Source of the DNA: Dehalococcoidia bacterium
GTDB lineage: Bacteria; Chloroflexota; Dehalococcoidia; Lucifugimonadales; UBA3495
NCBI GenBank assembly: GCA_965220605.1
Contig: CBDCQM010000005.1
Span: 729,565 to 793,564, forward strand
Direction of reading: 5' to 3'
DNA length: 64,000 nt
The notes below the pieces were generated by a model that had not been told where the DNA came from, did not search any database, and saw only the letters and a program-made list of their open reading frames with translations. Within the stretch, counting starts at the first letter, position 1. Each line of letters begins with the position of its first letter. The translations under genes were made by a program, and so were the position numbers. This document shows positions 8,884 to 17,575 of this stretch, in pieces.

Positions 8884-8910
8884 CTGGCGCAATACCAGTC
8901 CTCGCCGTTC

Positions 8911-9285
8911 TCAGGGCGAGGAATCCCCGTTGCCGTTCTGCCGTCGAAGCCTGTCGTTCTCTGCCCTCAGTTCTTCGATGGTCTGCTGGAGGTTTCGTAT
9001 GAGTTCGCTCTGGCCGTTGCCCTGATTTCTGTCATTGCTCAGAACGGCGGCCATCAGGGCCATCAGCTCATGGTGGCGGCGCTCCGCTGCCTCAGCATCC
9101 TGGCGTCGTTCCTCTCGGCGGCGTTCCTCATCTTGACGGCGTTCTTCCTGCTGTCGATTTTCCGCCTGCCGGCGCGCTCTGAGGTCAAAGTAACTGGACA
9201 GCATTTGTGGCACTCCCACGACGGCGAGCATAATTGCGATATATGCTCCCGCCTGCAGGTATTGCAGGGTAGACCATTGTTCCAT
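8911..9285 (-). CDS. Small single-TM coiled-coil protein with an E/R/Q/D repeat tract (copy 1 of a tandem pair)
   Basis: MEQWSTLQYLQAGAYIAIMLAVVGVPQML..., then (EERRQD)n, then ...ELIRNLQQTIEELRAENDRLRRQNGNGD. Near-identical to 9354-9761. Confidence 0.6.
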   Translation of the reverse strand: MEQWSTLQYLQAGAYIAIMLAVVGVPQMLSSYFDLRARRQAENRQQEERRQDEERRREERRQDAEAAERRHHELMALMAAVLSNDRNQGNGQSELIRNLQQTIEELRAENDRLRRQNGNGDSSP

Positions 9286-9292
9286 CGCCCGA

Positions 9293-9298
9293 ATTATA
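9293..9298 (-). promoter_or_regulatory. TATAAT -10 box 7 nt upstream of the ATG (possible leaderless mRNA), copy 1
   Basis: Minus strand reads gggTATAATtcgggcgATGgaacaatgg. No Shine-Dalgarno sequence fits in the 7-nt gap. Confidence 0.35.
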
Positions 9299-9353
9299 CC
9301 CGGCAGGTTGCTGATAGGCCCTTCGGTTCTTGATTTCCCATCCGGGGAAAGGA

Positions 9354-9761
9354 TTAGCAGTCGGAATCCCCGTTGCCGTTCTGCCGTCGAAGCCCGTCGT
9401 TCTCTGCCCTCAGCTCTTCGATGGTCTGCTGGAGATTTCGTATGAGTTCGCTCTGGCCGTTGCCCTGATTTCTGTCGCTGCTCAGGGCGGCGACCATCAG
9501 GGCCATCAGTTCATGGTGGCGGCGCTCCGTTGCCTCAGCATCCTGACGGCGGCGCTCTTCATCCTGTCGGCGTTCCTCACGGCGGCGCTCTTCATCTTGA
9601 CGGCGTTCCTCACGACGACGCTCCTCCTGCCGCTCTTCCGCCTGTCGGCGCGCTCTGAGGTCGAAGTAACCGGACAGCATTTGCGGCACTCCCACGACGG
9701 CGAGCATAATTGCGATATATGCTCCCGCCTGCAGGTATTGCAGGGTAGACCATTCTTCCAT
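9354..9761 (-). CDS. Small single-TM coiled-coil protein (copy 2, longer E/R repeat tract)
   Basis: MEEWSTLQYLQAGAYIAIMLAVVGVPQML... Start chosen by homology to copy 1; the track ORF extends to 9827. Confidence 0.6.
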   Translation of the reverse strand: MEEWSTLQYLQAGAYIAIMLAVVGVPQMLSGYFDLRARRQAEERQEERRREERRQDEERRREERRQDEERRRQDAEATERRHHELMALMVAALSSDRNQGNGQSELIRNLQQTIEELRAENDGLRRQNGNGDSDC

Positions 9762-9768
9762 TGCCGCC

Positions 9769-9774
9769 ATTATA
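9769..9774 (-). promoter_or_regulatory. TATAAT -10 box 7 nt upstream of the ATG (possible leaderless mRNA), copy 2
   Basis: Minus strand reads gggTATAATggcggcaATGgaagaatgg, with the same geometry as copy 1. Confidence 0.35.
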
Positions 9775-9801
9775 CCCGACAGGCTGCTGAAGGACTCCGA
9801 A

Positions 9802-11898
9802 ATGACGACTCCCTCTTCCCAGCGCAAGCCACCCTTGGCACAGCAGAGGCCGCACAGCGCTACTCATCACGGGGTGACGGTTGAGGACCCGTGGCACTGG
9901 CTGCGAGACCCTCAATATCCGAACGTAGCCGACCCCGATATCCTGGCCTACCTCGAGGCCGAGAACGCCTATTTCGAAGCCTTTATGTCGCCTCGTGGCG
10001 AGATGGTGGACGAGATCTTCGAGGAGATCAAGGCGAGGCAGCAGCCGGACCTGTCCAGCGTTCCGTGGAGGCGTGGCGACTGGCACTACCAGTGGAGCTT
10101 CCGGGAGGGGAGCCAGTACCGCGTCTGGCAGCGCTGGCCAGCTGGCGACGAAGGTGGGCGGGAAGGCCCGACAGCCGGAGCAGAGACCATCCTGGACGAG
10201 CCGGCCCTTGCCTCCGATGTCGAATACTTCCGCCTCGGCTCCATGTCGGTCAGCAACAACGGGCGCCTCATGGGTTACAGCACCGACACCGACGGTTCCG
10301 AGCGGTTCAGGATGCAGATCAAGGACCTGGAAACCGGCGACCTGATGGATGAGGTCATCGAGAACACAACGGGAAGCCTGGTCTGGTCGACTGATGACTC
10401 TTCTTTCCTGTATACCGTTGTCGATGAGAACTGGCGCCCCTGGCAGATACGCCGTCATGTGTTAGGGCAACCCGTTGACGATGACCCGGTCATATACGAG
10501 GAGGCCGATCCCGGCTTTTTCGTGGGAATGATTCCCTCCACTTCCCGGGAGTACATCATCATCGGCACCGGCGACCACATCACGTCCGAGGTGCGGCTGC
10601 TACCTGCGTCCGCTCCCACCTCCACCCCGGTCCTGGTCTCGCCCCGCCGCACCGGCCACGAGTATTCGGTGGACCACCAGGGCGATCGCTTCGTGATCCG
10701 CACCAACGACACCCACAAGAACACTCGGCTGGCGACGGCGCCTGCCCACGACCCTTCCGAAGATTCATGGGAACCCTTGGTGGACCCATCCGACGAATAC
10801 TACATCAGGAACTTCAAAGCGTTTGAAGACTTCATCGCTGTGGAGGAGCGCGTGGGTGGCCTTGACCAGGTGCGGCTGATCGACCGCTCCGGCAACTCCC
10901 GCTACATTTCCTTCCCGGAGTCCGCCTACACTGTTGGCCTTGAGACCAACCCGGAGTTCCGTACCGGTACCCTGCGCCTCGAATACTCGTCGATGGTTAC
11001 GCCGACAACCGTGTTCGACTATCACGTAGACGCCGAAGAGCTCGAGGTCCGCAAGGTGCAGCAAATCCCAAGCGGCTACGACCCCTCCGCCTACACCACG
11101 GAACGGGTGGTCGCCACCGCCCGCGATGGCGCCCAGGTGCCCGTGTCTGTCGTGCGCCGGAGGGACACCCCCGTGGACGGCAGCGCGCCGATATACCTCT
11201 ATGGGTACGGCGCCTACGGCTTCGCTTTTCCGCCGTCATTTTCCACTACCAGGCTCTCGCTGTTGGACCGCGGGTTCATGGTCGCTATCGCTCATATACG
11301 GGGCGGCGACGACCTGGGCTATCATTGGTATGAAGCAGGCAAACTGGACCGGCGCACCAACACCTTCAACGACTTCGTCGATGCGGCCCGAGGGCTGATC
11401 GACCGCGGATACGGAGCGCAGGGCCGCATCGCCATAGCCGGGGGCAGCGCAGGCGGGCAGCTGATGGGCGCTGTGGTGAACCAGGCGCCTGAACTCTGGG
11501 GCGCCGTGGCAGCCCATGTCCCCTTCGTGGACGCGCTGAACACGATGCTGGACGACACCCTGCCCCTTACTCCCATCGAGTGGCCGGAGTGGGGTAACCC
11601 GATCGAAGACAAGACGTCTTTCGAATACATAAGGTCATATTCCCCCTATGACCAGCTCGAAGCGAGGGACTATCCGCCCATGCTGGTAACCGCAGGACTG
11701 AACGATCCCAGGGTGACCTACTGGGAGCCGGCGAAGTATGTGGCGAAGATGCGGGCCATCAAGACCGACAGCAACACCCTGCTTCTGAAGACCAACATGG
11801 GGGCCGGACACGGCGGCAGATCGGGAAGGTATGACCGGCTTTACGAAGTGGCCGAGGAGTATGCCTTCATGCTCGTAAGCTTGGGGCTGGCTGACTGA
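9802..11898 (+). CDS. ptrB: S9A prolyl oligopeptidase family, oligopeptidase B-like
   Basis: 698 aa with an N-terminal beta-propeller region and a C-terminal hydrolase domain carrying GGSAGG around the nucleophile Ser. Confidence 0.85.
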   Translation: MTTPSSQRKPPLAQQRPHSATHHGVTVEDPWHWLRDPQYPNVADPDILAYLEAENAYFEAFMSPRGEMVDEIFEEIKARQQPDLSSVPWRRGDWHYQWSFREGSQYRVWQRWPAGDEGGREGPTAGAETILDEPALASDVEYFRLGSMSVSNNGRLMGYSTDTDGSERFRMQIKDLETGDLMDEVIENTTGSLVWSTDDSSFLYTVVDENWRPWQIRRHVLGQPVDDDPVIYEEADPGFFVGMIPSTSREYIIIGTGDHITSEVRLLPASAPTSTPVLVSPRRTGHEYSVDHQGDRFVIRTNDTHKNTRLATAPAHDPSEDSWEPLVDPSDEYYIRNFKAFEDFIAVEERVGGLDQVRLIDRSGNSRYISFPESAYTVGLETNPEFRTGTLRLEYSSMVTPTTVFDYHVDAEELEVRKVQQIPSGYDPSAYTTERVVATARDGAQVPVSVVRRRDTPVDGSAPIYLYGYGAYGFAFPPSFSTTRLSLLDRGFMVAIAHIRGGDDLGYHWYEAGKLDRRTNTFNDFVDAARGLIDRGYGAQGRIAIAGGSAGGQLMGAVVNQAPELWGAVAAHVPFVDALNTMLDDTLPLTPIEWPEWGNPIEDKTSFEYIRSYSPYDQLEARDYPPMLVTAGLNDPRVTYWEPAKYVAKMRAIKTDSNTLLLKTNMGAGHGGRSGRYDRLYEVAEEYAFMLVSLGLAD

Positions 11899-11994
11899 TA
11901 CGCAGCTTCCGTGCCGTGGCTGGGTGTCCATTAGGCTAATGGTCTCGCATGGGCCTAAAATACGTGCTATCGGCCAAAAATCAGGACTTGGAAG

Positions 11995-12096
11995 CTATTT
12001 CAAAAGAACTTTTGGGGCCAATTGGCGGACTTCTTCGCATCAGCCTTTCACCCCCACCCCAACCCTCCCACTGAGGGGAAGAGGGCTTTTGAGATA
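11995..12096. repeat. REP/MITE-like element, family B long form (ends CTATYTCAAAA / TTTTGAGATAG)
   Basis: ctatttcaaaag...ttcacccccaccccaaccctcccactgaggggaagagggcttttgagata. Confidence 0.6.
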
Positions 12097-12129
12097 ACTT
12101 CTTAACCGTCCGGCATTGAGGGGCAGCGG

Positions 12130-13914
12130 ATGAGCCAGCACCATGGGACCAGCGCCATTCCATGGCGGGAGTGGAACGAAGAAGCTTTTGCCGCGGCCAG
12201 GACGGAGGGCAAGCCGGTCCTGCTCACCTTGGGCGCCACCTGGTGCCACTGGTGCCATGTGATGGACGAGCAGGCTTATTCCGACCAGAGGGTCATCGAC
12301 CTGGTCATCGACCAGTTCATCCCGGTGCGCGTCGATGTGGACCAGCGCCCCGACATATCCCTGCGCTACAACCAGGGGACTTACCCGTCGGTGGTCGTCC
12401 TCACGGGCTACGGTGAGTTCCTCACCGGCAGGCCCTACACGCCTGCCGACGAAATGGCCGAACTTCTGCGCCAAGTATCCTCCGGTGAGTTCGTCCCCGA
12501 ACAGGACGCCCAGCGCGCTTCCACTCGCCAACCAGCTTCCGAGGCCACCGTCGATGCGGTAATGGGACGGCTCCAGGACCTCTACGACGGACAGTTCGGC
12601 GGATTCGGGATAGAGCCGAAACAGCCGCCTTGGGAGGCCCTGCGCTTTCTCTCAGCCCGTTACGGCCATACCGGCGACCGCTCGGTTCTGAGAATGGTAA
12701 ATACAACGATGGAAGGGATGTGGAACGGAATCTACGACCACAGGGACCAGGGGTTCTTTCGCTACGCCGTAAGCCGGGACTGGAAGGTGCCGCACTACGA
12801 GAAGATGCTGGTTACCAACGCCAGCCTGGCCATGGCCTTCCTGGAGGGTTACCAGATCACCGCAAGGCGGGGCTTCAGGACGGCGGTTGAGGGAATACTC
12901 CGGTACATGCTCAGCACCCTGTACAGTCGCGGAGACGGTCTGTTCTTCGCCAGCCAGGATGCCGACGAGCCTTTCTACCAGAAGTCCTGGAAGGACCGCG
13001 CCGTCGCCGAGCCGCCTCCCATCGACCGCACCTTCTATGCCGGGTGGAACGCCCTGGCCTGCCAGGCCCTGATCCAGGCGAGTGATGTGCTGGGCAACGG
13101 CTCATATCGGCAGTTCGGCATCGACGCCCTCGACCGGCTGTGGAACAGCAGTTGGACCCAGGAGGGAGGACTGTGCCGCCGCGCGGGCATTCCTGGCGAC
13201 GCTTCTCCGGTCCTGACCGACCAGGTCGAGTTCCTGCGCGCCTGGCTGGCCCTGTACCAGTCCACGGGAGACCCCGACAAGCTGGAACGGGCCGTTGCGG
13301 TAGCCGCGACTACCCGGCGACTCTTCGGCGCAGCCGGTGGCGGGTGCTATGACACCACTCCGCCCCACTCATTCGAGGCGAGGCTGCTCCCTCAGGAGCA
13401 GCCGGTGAGGGATAACGCCGTATGGGCCGAGGCGCTTCAGACCCTGGCATACCTGACCGGCGATACCGCGTACGCCGCTCAGGCTTTCGCTGCCCTCGAT
13501 GCTTTCGAGTCCGTGGTGCCGGGCAGGAGCTACCTGGGCAGCCATGACTCCCGGCGCATGGAGGAGGACGAGGAAATCCTGTTCCTGCCGGCCGGGTCGG
13601 CCTGGGGTCGTGCCCGGGATATGCAGACCAACGGGCCGGTCAGCTTGGTCATAGTCGGCGACTCTTCAGATCCGGCCTGGTCTCGTCTGCACCGCGCCGC
13701 ACTCCGGGTCTACGCTCCGCATCGGATAGTCGAGCCGCTCGACACAGTCCGCGACTCCGCCAAGATCAGTCAGCGAGGATTCCCTATCGATCGCGCTCCG
13801 GCATTGTACGCGTGCATGGGAGAACGCTGCCTCGCCCCCATCACCACGCCCCAGGCTGTGCGGGAAATGGCGCGCTCCCGTACCTGGGCCACGGGTCAGT
13901 TCCAGAACGCGTAA
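12130..13914 (+). CDS. Thioredoxin-domain protein, DUF255/YyaL-like
   Basis: KPVLLTLGATWCHWCHVMD (a CxxC-type motif in a thioredoxin fold), followed by a long alpha/alpha-toroid-like region. 594 aa. Confidence 0.85.
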   Translation: MSQHHGTSAIPWREWNEEAFAAARTEGKPVLLTLGATWCHWCHVMDEQAYSDQRVIDLVIDQFIPVRVDVDQRPDISLRYNQGTYPSVVVLTGYGEFLTGRPYTPADEMAELLRQVSSGEFVPEQDAQRASTRQPASEATVDAVMGRLQDLYDGQFGGFGIEPKQPPWEALRFLSARYGHTGDRSVLRMVNTTMEGMWNGIYDHRDQGFFRYAVSRDWKVPHYEKMLVTNASLAMAFLEGYQITARRGFRTAVEGILRYMLSTLYSRGDGLFFASQDADEPFYQKSWKDRAVAEPPPIDRTFYAGWNALACQALIQASDVLGNGSYRQFGIDALDRLWNSSWTQEGGLCRRAGIPGDASPVLTDQVEFLRAWLALYQSTGDPDKLERAVAVAATTRRLFGAAGGGCYDTTPPHSFEARLLPQEQPVRDNAVWAEALQTLAYLTGDTAYAAQAFAALDAFESVVPGRSYLGSHDSRRMEEDEEILFLPAGSAWGRARDMQTNGPVSLVIVGDSSDPAWSRLHRAALRVYAPHRIVEPLDTVRDSAKISQRGFPIDRAPALYACMGERCLAPITTPQAVREMARSRTWATGQFQNA

Positions 13915-13949
13915 TCGGGGCTGAACCGGACCCCGATTCCACTAAGAAA

Positions 13950-14049
13950 CTATCTCAAAACAGGTGAGTTGCTTTCTCGGCGTTTTCTCTGCACTAGCTT
14001 TTCACCCCCACCCTAGCCCTCCCCCTCAAGGGGGAGGGGACTTTTGAGA
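13950..14049. repeat. REP/MITE-like element family B long form, its right end interrupted by the IS
   Basis: ctatctcaaaacagg...ttcacccccaccctagccctccccctcaagggggaggggacttttgaga, then the IS. The remainder gatag follows the IS at 14911-14915. Confidence 0.6.
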
Positions 14050-14909
14050 GCCTGTTGACGATCTTTGGAATATGTTAGGTTGAGGCATTACCAAGGCAGA
14101 GCGATCATGTCTCATTCCTATCCCAGCGACATCAGCCGGGAGCAATTTGCCCGGATTCTTCCCTTTTTGGAATCGGCCCGCCGTCGGACCAAGCCCCGCA
14201 CCGTGGATCTGTACGACGTTTTCTGCGGGGTGCTCTACCTTCTGAAGAGCGGGTGTCAGTGGCGGATGCTCCCTGCGGACTTTCCCGACTGGCGTACCTG
14301 CTACAAGTATTTCCGCCAATGGAGTGAGCGTCCCGGCCCGGAGAAAGAGTCAATTCTGGAGCAGGTCTTAAAAAAAATTGGTTGGCGCGGCCCGACAAAA
14401 CAATGGTCGGACAGAGCAGACCAGCTTCTGCATCGTGGACACCCAGAGCGTAAGGAACACCGACAGTGCCGGGAGCAAGGGCTATGACCCGGGCAAGAAG
14501 GTGTCCGGGGTCAAGCGCCATATCGCTGTGGACACGCAAGGATTGCCCCATGCGATTGATGTGACCACCGCCGATGTTACCGACCGGGCTGGGGCATTAG
14601 CGATGTTTTCCCGGAGCCGGGCCACGCTGAACCAGGTGCAGAAGGTGTTGGTCGACGGGGGTTACAGCGGAGAGCCTTTTGCTGCGGCGGTGCAGAACCT
14701 GTTGGGAGCTTCGGTGGAGGTAGTGAAACGCAAGGAACTGCATACCTTCGTGGTGCTGCCGAAACGATGGGTGGTGGAACGGTCTTTCGGTTGGCTGGAT
14801 AAGTGCCGCCGCCTCTGGAAGAACTGCGAGAGAGAGCTCAATACCAGTCTGCAAATGGTGGTTCTAGCCTTCGCGGTGCTAATCCTGAAGAGATCGTCAA
14901 CAGGCTCTC
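14046..14909 (+). mobile_element. IS5-family insertion sequence (IS427/IS1031-like size, about 0.86 kb)
   Basis: Perfect 19-20 bp terminal inverted repeats: gagagcctgttgacgatct (14046-14064) and agatcgtcaacaggctctc (14891-14909). Two-frame transposase. The exact ends are ambiguous by 1-4 nt because of gaga repeats at the junctions. Confidence 0.85.
14107..14487 (+). CDS. IS5-family transposase, upstream frame (orfA)
   Basis: MSHSYPSDISREQFARILPFLE...YLLKSGCQWRMLP is the N-terminal domain of IS5/IS4-type transposases. The A8 run at 14370-14377 is the probable recoding site. Confidence 0.8.
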   Translation: MSHSYPSDISREQFARILPFLESARRRTKPRTVDLYDVFCGVLYLLKSGCQWRMLPADFPDWRTCYKYFRQWSERPGPEKESILEQVLKKIGWRGPTKQWSDRADQLLHRGHPERKEHRQCREQGL

Positions 14910-15223
14910 AGATAGTCGCTCATACCTGTTACTCCCAAACCCGGGCGGCCAGGGAGATCGCCCCCAGGGCTGCGGGAAAGCCCGCGTACCCTCCCGTCTG
15001 CATCAGCACTTCCACCATCTCCTCCTTGGAGAATCCCACGCGAGGGCCGGCTTGCAGGAAGTTGCGGAGTTGGGACTCAGCCCTGAGGGCTGTCAGCGCG
15101 GCGGTAGAGCAGACCACCCGCGACTTCAGATCGAGACCTGGCCGGAAGAAGATTTCTCCGAATGCAAACTGGAAGGTCAGAAGCCGCATATCCGGCGCCA
15201 GATCATCGACGCCGCCGATATAG
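14372..15223 (+). CDS. IS5-family transposase, downstream frame (orfB, DDE domain); the frame has no stop inside the IS
   Basis: ...CIVDTQSVRNTDSAGSKGYDPGKKVSGVKRHIAVDTQGLP...VLVDGGYSG...RWVVERSFGWL. The frame is +1 relative to orfA. Only the part up to about 14905 is IS-encoded; the rest reads through into flanking DNA. Confidence 0.75.
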   Translation, partial: KKLVGAARQNNGRTEQTSFCIVDTQSVRNTDSAGSKGYDPGKKVSGVKRHIAVDTQGLPHAIDVTTADVTDRAGALAMFSRSRATLNQVQKVLVDGGYSGEPFAAAVQNLLGASVEVVKRKELHTFVVLPKRWVVERSFGWLDKCRRLWKNCERELNTSLQMVVLAFAVLILKRSSTGSQIVAHTCYSQTRAAREIAPRAAGKPAYPPVCISTSTISSLENPTRGPACRKLRSWDSALRAVSAAVEQTTRDFRSRPGRKKISPNANWKVRSRISGARSSTPPI

Positions 15224-15705
15224 CCGCCCCGGTCCTCGGTGCCCATCAGCTTTTCCCGCAGTTCCCGGCCACGGGCCTCCATTTCCTCCAGGCTGAGTTC
15301 CGGCACCTCGGTCTGCGGCACCTCAATCCCACGCTCGCGGAACGCCTCGTGGGCCATCTCAAGGGAGTTGACCGCCGAGGGAAACCCGGCGTAGATGGAG
15401 CAATGCACCGGCACCTCCTGTATCTCCTCGGCGCTCATCCCCATGTTCAGCGCGCTATGGACGTAGGTCTGGAACTGGGACAGACGCTGAAGGGAGGTCA
15501 GTACGGACAGCGTGGCCAGCATCCGATAGCGGATGTCCAGCCCAGGACGGGACCACACCGCTCCGAATATCGACTCGCCGGTATAGTTCCTGAGACCGGG
15601 TATGTTGGCCACTGCCCTCGGACGCTCCCGCGCCGGGTAGGTGCCGTGCTGAAGCTTTTCCCGGATCTCGTTGCCCTTCCGCCTCAGTTCCTCTCGGCTG
15701 CTCAT
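14929..15705 (-). CDS. Carboxymuconolactone decarboxylase (AhpD-like) family protein, tandem domains
   Basis: 258 aa with two CMD-like halves (…IYAGFPSAVNSL…, …GGYAGFPAALGAI…). Confidence 0.8.
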   Translation of the reverse strand: MSSREELRRKGNEIREKLQHGTYPARERPRAVANIPGLRNYTGESIFGAVWSRPGLDIRYRMLATLSVLTSLQRLSQFQTYVHSALNMGMSAEEIQEVPVHCSIYAGFPSAVNSLEMAHEAFRERGIEVPQTEVPELSLEEMEARGRELREKLMGTEDRGGYIGGVDDLAPDMRLLTFQFAFGEIFFRPGLDLKSRVVCSTAALTALRAESQLRNFLQAGPRVGFSKEEMVEVLMQTGGYAGFPAALGAISLAARVWE

Positions 15706-15841
15706 CTCGTTCCTCCAATACCGGAATGCGCAAATTGCGGCCCAGTATACCCCATGACGGTCGCAGCGAAGCGCCCGGTCATGGGACAGAACGCAACGGT
15801 GTTAGAATACTCCGCAGCGACAACTGTTGGAGTGGCTGAAT

Positions 15842-17476
15842 ATGAACGTTAACGATGCAGTGGCCCGTATCCTGAAGACAGAGGGAGTGGAATGGGTTTC
15901 CTGCTTTCCTTCCAACAACCTGATCGAATCCGTGGCGGCAGAGGGGATCCGGACCGTTCTGTTCCGGCAGGAACGCGGCGCCCTGATGGCCGCCGACGGC
16001 TACAGCAGGATGAACGACCGCCGCAAGTTCGGCGTGGCTATCACCCAGGGCGGCCCCGGTTCGGAGAACTCTCACGGCGGCATCGCCCAGGCCTTCTCCG
16101 ACAACATCCCGATCCTGTACCTGGCGGGCGGGCCAGCGTTGGGCCAGTACGCCGTGCGGCCCAACTTCTCGCCGGTGCGGTCCTACCAGTCGGTGTCGAA
16201 GCACGCCGAGGTGATCACAGCGCCGGGGCAGGTGGCGGCGACAATGCGGCGCGCCTTCCACCACCTGCGCAACGGCCGGCCCGGGCCGGTGATCGTGGAG
16301 ATTCCCGCCGACGTGGGCGGGCAGGAAGTGCCGGACGCGGCTCTGAATTACCAGCCGCCCAAGCGTCTGCCCCAGTCGCCATCGCGTGGCGACGTGGCGG
16401 AAGCGGCGCGGCTGTTGCTGAACGCCCGCAAGCCGGTAATCTGGTCGGGGATGGGCGTACTCTTTTCCCAGGCCACCGGGGAACTGCGGGAACTGGCCGA
16501 ACTCACCCAGATTCCCGTCTATACCACCATGCCCGGCAAGTCGTCCTTCGATGAACGGCACCCGCTGTCGCTGGGCGCGGGCAGCGGCGCGACCTCCCTG
16601 CCGGCCCGCAGGTGGATCCAGGAGTCGGACGTGCTCTTGGCAGTGGGTTCCAGCATGACCCGTACCAGCTACGGGCAGCCAATACCCGACGGCAAGGTCA
16701 TCATCCACAACGTCGAGAGCATCGAGGACATCAACAAGGACTTCTACGCGGATGTCGGACTTCCCGGCGACGCCAGGCTCACCATGCAGGCCCTGATAGA
16801 CGAGGTGAAAGGTCAGGTCGGAGAGGCGGGCCGGCCCGCCAACGGAGTCGCCGAGGAGATCGCTGAAATCCGCAAGGGCTGGCTGGCCGAATGGACTCCG
16901 CTTCTAGAGACCGACGAAGTCCCAATCGGCACGTACCGCGTAATCAACGAGCTGGAAAAGAACCTGGACCGGGAGAACAGCGTGGTGACCCACGATGCCG
17001 GTGCTCCCCGGGACTCCATCATCCCCTTCTACACTGCCACCACGCCCCACAGCTACATCGGCTGGGGCAAGTCCACGCACCTGGGCTACGGCATTCCGCT
17101 GATGATCGGGGCCAAGATGGCCGACCCCAACCGTTTCTGCCTGAACTTCATGGGAGACGGCGCCTTCGGCATGTCGGGCCTGGACATCGAGACCTCGGTG
17201 CGGGCGGGCGCGCCCATCACCACCATCGTGCTGAACAACGGCGGCATGGCGACCTACCCGGGCGGCTATCCCGTGGCCAACGAGCTTTTCGGACTGACCC
17301 GCATGGGCGGCGATTACGCCAAGATCGCCGAGGGCATGGGCGCTGTGGGGATCACCGTCACCCAGCCGTCGGAAGTCGGCCCGGCGCTGGTGCGAGCCCA
17401 GCAACTCAACCGCGACGGCCGCACCGTGCTGCTGGACATTCACACCAACCTGGAGGGCCGCAAGTCCACATACTAA
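15842..17476 (+). CDS. Thiamine-diphosphate-dependent enzyme (acetolactate synthase / oxalyl-CoA decarboxylase-like fold)
   Basis: An N-terminal Pyr domain (…FRQERGALMAADGYSR…) and a C-terminal PP domain with GDGAFGMSG…NNGG. 544 aa from ATG 15842. Confidence 0.8.
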   Translation: MNVNDAVARILKTEGVEWVSCFPSNNLIESVAAEGIRTVLFRQERGALMAADGYSRMNDRRKFGVAITQGGPGSENSHGGIAQAFSDNIPILYLAGGPALGQYAVRPNFSPVRSYQSVSKHAEVITAPGQVAATMRRAFHHLRNGRPGPVIVEIPADVGGQEVPDAALNYQPPKRLPQSPSRGDVAEAARLLLNARKPVIWSGMGVLFSQATGELRELAELTQIPVYTTMPGKSSFDERHPLSLGAGSGATSLPARRWIQESDVLLAVGSSMTRTSYGQPIPDGKVIIHNVESIEDINKDFYADVGLPGDARLTMQALIDEVKGQVGEAGRPANGVAEEIAEIRKGWLAEWTPLLETDEVPIGTYRVINELEKNLDRENSVVTHDAGAPRDSIIPFYTATTPHSYIGWGKSTHLGYGIPLMIGAKMADPNRFCLNFMGDGAFGMSGLDIETSVRAGAPITTIVLNNGGMATYPGGYPVANELFGLTRMGGDYAKIAEGMGAVGITVTQPSEVGPALVRAQQLNRDGRTVLLDIHTNLEGRKSTY

Positions 17477-17482
17477 ATTTCA

Positions 17483-17554
17483 CATGGATGCACAGGATAA
17501 ACAGGATTGGGCCTTAATCCAATCGGAATATCCTGTGTATCCTGTCCATCCATG
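17483..17554. repeat. Long imperfect hairpin (26-nt arms) between the ThDP enzyme gene and mce
   Basis: catggatgcacaggataaacaggatt ... atatcctgtgtatcctgtccatccatg, with 2-3 mismatches. An internal ACAGGAT heptad is repeated. Confidence 0.5.
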
Positions 17555-17575
17555 TTTAATGAATTGGGAGGGAGT

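Noticed and set aside
14913-15223. C-terminal 100-aa tail of the transposase orfB frame
   Set aside because: It lies outside the IS inverted repeat and antisense to the CMD-family gene. It is read-through of a frame that lacks a stop inside the IS, not part of the transposase.
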